Assembly: GCA_017447265.1 (NCBI GenBank)
Contig: JAFSOA010000008.1
Coordinates: 15,167-79,166, forward strand
Source: Bacteroidales bacterium
GTDB lineage: Bacteria; Bacteroidota; Bacteroidia; Bacteroidales; UBA932
Length of the DNA: 64,000 nucleotides
Direction: 5' to 3'
The notes beneath the pieces were generated by a model, which searched no databases, had not been told where the DNA came from, and saw only the letters and a program-made list of their open reading frames with translations. A program made the translations under genes and the position numbers. Below are positions 63,252 through 64,000 of the stretch, piece by piece. How positions within the stretch are numbered: position 1 is the stretch's first letter; the number at the start of each line of letters is the position of its first letter.

Positions 63252-64000
63252 ATGGGTAAAAACAAGTTGAAAATAGGGGAGTTTTCCCGCCTTGGCAGGG
63301 TGACCGTAAGGGCCCTCAGGCATTACGAGGAGATTGACCTGCTGGTCCCGGAGATTGTGGACCGGGACACGGGTTATCGCTATTATGCCGTGGGGCAACT
63401 GCAGAAGATCCAGAGCATCACCACACTCAAGAGTCTCGGCTATTCGTTGGAAGAGATTCGGGACCTGTGGGATGACGAGAGTCATTTCCCTTCCGTGGAA
63501 TCACTTGAGCAGAAGATACTTGCGTGCGAAGAGGAACTGGCGGTGCTCAAGGAACGGCGGCGCATGCTGCGGGCGGTGGTGGCTTCCCAAAAGAAATTGC
63601 ACAAAATGGAAAAAGTTTACTTCGAAGCGCTGCCCGCCATCACGGTGGCCAGCCATCGCACCATCATCCCTTCCTTCCAGGACCTCGGCCGCCTCTGCTG
63701 CGAGGTCATCGGCCCGGAAATGGCCCGCCTGGGCTGCGAATGTCCGGAACCCGGCTACTGCTACACCATCGAACACGGCGGCTACAAGCCGCAGGACATC
63801 GACATCGAATATTGTGAGAAAGTGACGAGGAAAGGCACCGACTCGGCCATCATCCAGTTCAAGGACATTCCGGAGGTGCCGCTGGCCGCCTGCCTGAAGG
63901 TCTTCGGCCCGTATGACAGGCTGTATCAGTCCTATCTGGACCTTTTCGCCTTCCTGGAAAAGGAGGGCTACAGCATCGTCGGAGCGCCCCGAGCCTGTTA
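63252..64000 (+). CDS. MerR family regulator with GyrI-like effector domain; runs off the right edge
   Basis: Manual translation MGKNKLKIGEFSRLGRVTVRALRHYEEIDLLVP...YRYY stays open to the window end. It is absent from the ORF track because it is truncated. Confidence 0.85.
   Translation, partial: MGKNKLKIGEFSRLGRVTVRALRHYEEIDLLVPEIVDRDTGYRYYAVGQLQKIQSITTLKSLGYSLEEIRDLWDDESHFPSVESLEQKILACEEELAVLKERRRMLRAVVASQKKLHKMEKVYFEALPAITVASHRTIIPSFQDLGRLCCEVIGPEMARLGCECPEPGYCYTIEHGGYKPQDIDIEYCEKVTRKGTDSAIIQFKDIPEVPLAACLKVFGPYDRLYQSYLDLFAFLEKEGYSIVGAPRAC

Noticed and set aside
1-64000. CRISPR arrays, rRNA operons, integrases, restriction-modification or other recognisable defence systems
   Set aside because: No regularly spaced short direct repeats, no rRNA signatures, and no ORF with integrase, Cas, methyltransferase or large ATPase/nuclease motifs was found in the six-frame track.

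Overview
GC-rich Bacteroidota-type chromosomal window. The assignment rests on recurrent TAnnTTTG -7 promoter motifs, many lipobox lipoproteins and a DUF4492-like gene ahead of cydAB. Most of it is housekeeping backbone: cydAB, mazG, a CoA-transferase, an ECF sigma/anti-sigma pair, prfA, a CapD-like dehydratase, an S9 peptidase, rpsA, rnz, an S41 protease, mltG, cdd, SRP RNA, mnmA, GH2/galM and an AraC-linked exported redox cluster. The unusual part is an accessory stretch at about 6.6-19.3 kb that ends at tRNA-Asp. It contains: (i) a self-contained promoter + 42-codon ORF + 961-aa triple-repeat beta-helix lipoprotein cassette bracketed by 102-bp direct repeats; (ii) about 2 kb of GC-rich sequence with no credible ORF but several long perfect stems, a candidate very large structured RNA or decayed DNA; (iii) three paralogous genes sharing a basic N-terminal module, plus a 5'-truncated promoter-linked fourth copy; (iv) a holin-like and unimolecular-spanin-like pair translationally coupled to one paralog, with an amidase nearby; and (v) a duplicated tRNA-3'-end/terminator scar. 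No integrase, terminase or portal gene is visible. Elsewhere, two inverted copies of a 152-bp TIR element flank a CDF transporter and an HUH/Y1 (RAYT-like) transposase gene. There is also a perfect nested 27-bp + 12-bp inverted repeat, a G10 tract between divergent promoters, a gutted nucleobase permease, and an AT-rich patch with gene fragments. All functional calls come from motif recognition by eye, and no database search was run.
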